In this document: one piece after another, positions 33,621-36,636 of the stretch
Layout of the letters: the number at the start of each line of letters is the position of its first letter
Numbering within the stretch: the stretch's first letter is position 1
Source of the DNA: Calcarisporiella thermophila CBS 279.70
Lineage: Eukaryota; Fungi; Calcarisporiellomycota
Length of the DNA: 36,636 bases
Assembly (NCBI RefSeq): GCF_041956535.1
Contig: NW_027192200.1
Span: 213,308 to 249,943 of the forward strand
Direction: 5' to 3'
The notes under the pieces: generated by a model
The model's input: the letters and a program-made list of their open reading frames with translations, nothing else
What the model was told of the DNA's origin: nothing
The model's database searches: none
Program-made: the position numbers and the translations under genes

Positions 33621-34022
33621 TATTTTACAAAAGGGGAGATGAGTTCCTGCCCAATTTTCTTTTGCTTCAAGAGTATCAACAGGAAACCAAGAAAACGCCT
33701 TGGGGCTAAGGACTAAATAAAATGCCGCGCTTGTTACTAAAACGAAGTTGGATGAAGAGAAACCAAAGAAAAAAAAAGTAAAAAGGTGGCCACGAATATA
33801 GGAAAGGAAAAAAAGGTCACTAGGCTGGTACTACTTCGTGATCGCAGTTTACTAAAATATGAAGGTTTCAGACGGGTTCTTAAGATTTTCATACTTCATT
33901 AGCAAAGAAAATCAAAGAAAATAGTATAGCATATTCAAATTACAAGACTAGTGTATAACAAATACAGGAACACAGCGGGAAAAAAAAAAGAAAAACGAAC
34001 TGAGTTTTGAAGGGGGGGTGCA

Positions 34023-35646
34023 TTATTGCAATTTCTCCAACGCAGTCAACAGATTCGTCATGTCACTCTTGATATTCTGCGCGTATCTCACAATCTTTTC
34101 TTTCGAGTCCAGCACCTCGATGCTTTCCGTGTACGGGTTGTAGCGCACGCTGAATGGGCGCTCAAGCGAGTGTGCAAATTCGCGTACCTTCTCCTTTGCA
34201 TCCTTGAAGGACTCAGCCACAAAGTAGACCTATACATCAATAAGAGGAGGGGTTTACTCATCACACCCATACTACGTCAGGAATCAAGGCAGCTTACGGG
34301 CTGGTAGTCGGTGATGGGGTATTTCTGCACGGCAACTTTAGAGGGATCGAAGGGACGCATTTCCGGTTTATCGGTCAGAGCATACTCCAGTTCTCCGAAC
34401 GAACTCAGGAGACCAGCCCCATATGCTCGTACGCTTTCACCCTGCTTGCAGACCCCAAATTCAACGGTGAACCAATAGATGGTTGCAAGCTTCTCGATGT
34501 CTTCGTCTGAAGCGCCCAAGGAAGCGAGCCCAATCTCTTGCGAGAAGTCGGCGAAATCGGAATCGGCAAACAAGGGAGCATGGCCTAGCAGTTCATGGCA
34601 TACGTCGGGCTCCGGGGTATATAGGGGTTTCGATGCGTGCCGGATGTATTGAGTGCTATGGAAAACTCGGAAAGCCAACCCATTCAAAAAGTCCCGGGAG
34701 GTCAAGAGCCCCATCACAGGTCGGAGCTGGAAGCCTGTGCAATCCTTCAAGAATCGAGACACGTCCTCCAGCTGCGGGATATTGTCCTCGCGGTAACCGC
34801 AATTTTGCTGTAACAATGGGAAGACGTATTGATGCTCGCGGCAAGCATGGGATGGGTATAGTTGCGTTAGGGTGCGATATACGGTTCCCCATGTCTTGAT
34901 TTCATCGGGGGTGTAGTCGATACGCGGGAGCGGCATGCCCGTCCGGTACGTCTTGGCAATACGAGTGATCTCGGCACGACGCGCTCGATAAACGGGGTCC
35001 TTGGCCCCGGGGTGATCGGAACCTGTGTAGATAGAGAGGGCAAGATTAAATGGAGAAGAAGAGGAAGGGAAATATGGGTGCCTCGGAGACTTACTCAGCT
35101 CTTCACCCATCTCCAGCACTTTCTCGGCAAAGGTGTCGAGATCGCTCAGCTTGCGCGGGAACCATGGAACACTGTTAAACAGGGTGGATTCCCCTCCGCC
35201 CGAGCTAACGACGCCCACCTGCTTGACCGTTTTTTTAAGCGCCTCAACGACCTCAGAGACTTGCTGCATGCTCTTCGCTTGGAAGTCAATGAAGAAGTCG
35301 AAGTCCCAGGCCGCGGTTTTGCTCGGGCGACTGTGAGTAATAAAAATATCATCGGTGAGGAGAAGGGAATCCAGAAGAACTCACAGATGAGTCACTTACG
35401 ACTCAATGCGGCTCAATGACACATTGAGCTTCTTTAAAACATCGAGGCAGTCCTCGAGCGCACCAACCTAACACGAATAATCTTTTTTTAAGATCCATTA
35501 GCCGACACGTCAAATAAGCCCATACAAACCTTGTCGGTAATGGAAAATATGATAGTGGTGCGTAGACTATCGCCGGTTTTAGGCGCGGGTAGCACCTGCG
35601 AGGGGGCATGGAGGGGAGTATTCGGGGTAGTGGTGCCAGCGTTCAT
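34023..35646 (-). CDS. PAH: Phenylalanine-4-hydroxylase (ACT domain + biopterin-dependent aromatic amino acid hydroxylase domain), 5 exons
   Basis: ACT: IFSITDK|VGALEDCL..L...NVSLSRIES|RPS. Catalytic: [34 protein letters not shown]...[37 protein letters not shown]-terminal [18 protein letters not shown]. Confidence 0.93.
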
Positions 35647-36584
35647 TATTTGTTGGGGAAGGATTATTTTTTAGGTGAATAGGCGAAAGGAAGCGAGAAA
35701 AGAGCGCCCGCTTTTATCAACTTCCTTCTTAACTCCTTGATCGTGGGAAATTCTGTGACTGCAAAAGATGCTCAAATTTTTCCGGAGAAAAACTTAGCTT
35801 AAAAAATGTTAAGAAATTAAGTTTCTGCTGGAGATTAACATAAGTGTCCATTTTAAGTAAACATAGGGCACCATGGGCTTGAGATGAGTTTGTAGTCATA
35901 ACATCCACACTGGGACGGGGCGTTCGCCACTGCTTTTACCCTCACCCAGCAAAAGCCATCCCCACTTATAGCTGAGCTTGGGGAGAATTCAAATTCCGGT
36001 ATTTTTTCTTGGTGCAAACAGGTTTCTTTCTCCTGGTCTATCCGGTAATCGAGGCATGAATAATAACAAGGGTGGGGATGGGCTATGCATGTTGATGGTT
36101 CGGACTGGTAATTAAAGGAGTTTCAAGAGACTCCCCCCTGAGATAAAGAGTTAATAAGTGTACAAGGGTAATAATGGTGAATGCTTAGGCACATGGAGAT
36201 TGTATAGTATACTCTCTATTTAATGCTATCGAGGCTGCGTAACACCTATTGCCAAATTTCGGCCTGAAAATGTCGCCAAGCTATTAGTCAGAGTTAGAAT
36301 TGGTAGGTCAAGAGATAAAGGGGTTAAACCTATTTCCAAGCTGCTTTTAAGTTTAAATTTTGAGGGCTATGAGGAAAGCGCCAGTCTCTGATAGGAGGAT
36401 AAAAAATCATACAATATATGAAGTTTGTTTGCACTAAAGCTAAATGCAAGAAGCATCAGATAAGCTTGTCAAGAGATGAAAAAATGGTGTGTTAGCGTCA
36501 GGATTCAACTGCCAAGCTATCAAATTTATTGCAAAAGCACAAAACAAATAATGATAGAGAATTGATTTCTCACGATCTTGCTGA

Positions 36585-36635
36585 TTAACATATGACCCAT
36601 CTGCCATCCCTGAAATCATTCCGCAAATATGCAAC
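36585..36635 (-). CDS. Possible C-terminal end of a gene continuing beyond the window
   Basis: Minus frame reads ...VAYLRNDFRDGRWVIC* followed by AT-rich 3'-UTR-like sequence; too short to identify. Confidence 0.25.
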   Translation of the reverse strand, partial: VAYLRNDFRDGRWVIC

Positions 36636-36636
36636 C

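Noticed and set aside
35975-36007. B-box-like GAATTCAAATTCC followed by T6
   Set aside because: No T stem, acceptor stem or A-box could be formed.
36117-36134. Mini-hairpin with TTCAAGAGA (shRNA-style loop)
   Set aside because: Only a 4-5 bp stem; chance match, no vector context.
36440-36634. 64-aa minus-strand ORF from the track
   Set aside because: Non-ATG start at the window edge and UTR-like composition; a different frame ending at 36585 looks more protein-like.
1-36636. CRISPR arrays, operons or prokaryotic defence systems
   Set aside because: No regularly spaced repeats; most genes are spliceosomal-intron-containing eukaryotic genes.

Overview
Gene-dense, intron-containing eukaryotic DNA, most likely an early-diverging fungus such as Mucoromycota. 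This is inferred from short GT-AG introns with CTRAY-like branch points, fungal CPA1/MSS4/APSES/FDH genes, and RAD51C and phenylalanine hydroxylase, which yeasts lack. Left end (1-1160): the 3' end of an L1/Tx1-like non-LTR retrotransposon with a poly(A) tail and probable target-site duplication, a 79-nt tRNA-like gene with encoded CCA but no normal anticodon arm that is bracketed by an inverted repeat, and tRNA-Lys(UUU). These are followed by a RidA-family gene, CPA1 with a spliced arginine-attenuator-peptide uORF that the ORF track misses, two tandem kelch/single-TM receptor-like genes, formate dehydrogenase, RPL2 (uL2), an ankyrin + RSC-type BAH + Ig-like protein, MSS4, MAF1, RAD51C head-to-head with a small basic protein, an APSES/KilA-N transcription factor, UFD4/TRIP12 HECT ligase and phenylalanine hydroxylase. 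The best candidates for something undescribed are the anticodon-less tRNA-like RNA with its LINE/inverted-repeat context and the ankyrin-BAH protein. All calls come from reading the sequence by eye; no searches were run.
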